Shown here in pieces: positions 61,472 through 64,000 of a DNA stretch of 64,000 bases. The notes beneath the pieces were generated by a model, which saw only the letters and a program-made list of their open reading frames with translations, was not told the origin of the DNA and did no database searches. Location of the stretch: NCBI GenBank assembly GCA_963575745.1, contig CAUYUJ010000103.1, forward strand, positions 496,001 through 560,000, written 5' to 3'. A program made the position numbers and the translations under genes. The DNA comes from Prorocentrum cordatum. Taxonomy: Eukaryota. How positions within the stretch are numbered: the first letter of the stretch is position 1; every line of letters begins with the position of its first letter.

Positions 61472-62030
61472 AGGTCTAAGGTTAGGGTGGAGGGGATTTG
61501 GGTGAGGGTTAGAGGGTTAGGTTTAGGTTTAAGGGAGAAGGATTAGTGTTAGGGTTCGAATTCGGGCTAGGGGGGTAGGGTTCAGGTGGTAGGGTTAGGG
61601 TTCGGATGTTAGGGTCAGTGTCATGGGGTTTCGGGTTAGGGCGGTAGGGTTAGGAGTAGGGTGTTAGGGTAGGGGTTAGGGGTAGGGGTGAGGATTAGGG
61701 GGGTCGGGCAAGGGTAAGGGTTAGGGTTCAGCGGTTATGGTTCGGGTTGGGGGGGTAGGGGGTAGGGGGGTCAGGGTTAGGATGGTAGGATTTGGGTTCG
61801 GGTTCGGTCAAGGTTAGGGTTAGGGGGCTAGGGTTTGGGTGTTAGGGTTAGGGATGGGGAGTCAGGGGGTTCAGGTTAGGATCGTAGGTTTAGGGTTAGG
61901 GTTAGGGTGAGGGTTATAGGGGGTTTAAGGGTTAGGGGTTAGGGGTTAGAGCTTAGGGTTACGGTTAGAGTTCGGTATTGGATTAGGGTGAGGGTGAAGG
62001 GGTGAGGGTAAGGATAAAGGTAAGGGTCAA
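61472..62030 (+). repeat. Second block of the degenerate (TTAGGG)n tract
   Basis: Same motif and orientation as 57650-59020. Confidence 0.85.
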
Positions 62031-62317
62031 GCTAGCCAGCTCGAGCGAGTCAAGCATGGCATGCCAATTCCCACCCGCCCTCCCACAACATAAGAAACAG
62101 TGATGGCACAACTGGGGGCTGCGCGGGCATTTTAAGTGCGAGTGGAGGATACCCCAAGACACCGCATTGACGTCAGCGCGGGATGTGCGCCGCGTCCCAT
62201 TCCTGCCACGCATTTCGCATCGTCGACGACAAGACTGGCCATGCTGAAAAGAACAACGGACACGTTCCGCCCTCCCACAACATAAGAAACAATGCTGGCG
62301 CAACTGGGTGCTGGCGC

Positions 62318-63390
<1,073 letters not shown>

Positions 63391-64000
63391 AGGAGGGGAG
63401 GGCCCGCAACCCGCATGGACGTCCGCGCGCGATGCGCGCCGCGTCCCATTCCTGCCACATATTTCGTACCGTCGGCGACAAGGCAGGCCATGCTGAGAGG
63501 AAAAAACGAAGACTTTGCATTGTTTTTTACGGTCAGGGTGGGCGGGCCCAGATTGACTGCCGCGCGCGATGTGCGCCGCGTCCCATTCCTGCCACGCTTT
63601 TCGCATCGTCGACGACAAGAAAGACGATGTTGAGAAGAAGAACGGTCACTTTGTATTGATTTTTTACCGTCCGGATGGGAGGTCCCGGATTGGGTCGCTA
63701 TCGGCCGGAATACGAGGTAGGTGGGGGTATATAATAATAAGGAACAAGGATAAGGGTGAGGGTAAGGGTAAGAGTAAGGGCAAGGGTCAAGCTAGCCAGC
63801 TCGAGCGAGCCAGAGGGCTCCGTCCACCCCCACCCGCCCTCCTTCAACATAAGAAGCAAGTGCGTCGCGTCCGACGCCTGTCGCTCATCTTCTATCATGG
63901 GCGGCTGGACGTTTAGCGCGCGACATGAGCTGCGTCCTCTTCCTGCCGCGTACTTATTGAGCAACGTCGACGAGAAACAATACCACGCGCGATGTACGCC

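Overview
Repeat-dense, GC-rich eukaryotic DNA, almost certainly from a dinoflagellate: a 19/20 match to the dinoflagellate spliced leader lies at 27503-27522. Most ORFs in the supplied track are artefacts of microsatellites and satellites. The main feature is a complete, young tyrosine-recombinase (DIRS-order, PAT/Ngaro-type) retrotransposon at 33921-41056 with split direct repeats in the order A1-ORFs-B1-A2-B2. It encodes, in order: a Cys-rich segment with membrane-protein features, a Gag-like ORF with a +1 frameshift, a Pol ORF (RT with YVDN, RNase H and a C5-cytosine methyltransferase-like domain), and an overlapping tyrosine recombinase with all catalytic residues present. It integrated through a shared AAT trinucleotide into a small host repeat whose empty copies are in the same window. 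Its A repeat ends in a spliced-leader-like motif behind a polypyrimidine tract. Other elements: a 5'-truncated RNase H-bearing LINE remnant, a 445-bp TIR element with an unusual 24-bp target duplication, a MITE family with 8-bp TSDs and nested insertions, Helentron-like satellite-carrying elements, degenerate interstitial TTAGGG tracts, and scattered candidate exons of a + strand host gene. Where the ancestral base can be inferred, several substitutions run T>C / A>G. All calls were made by eye without database searches; boundaries of repeat arrays are approximate.
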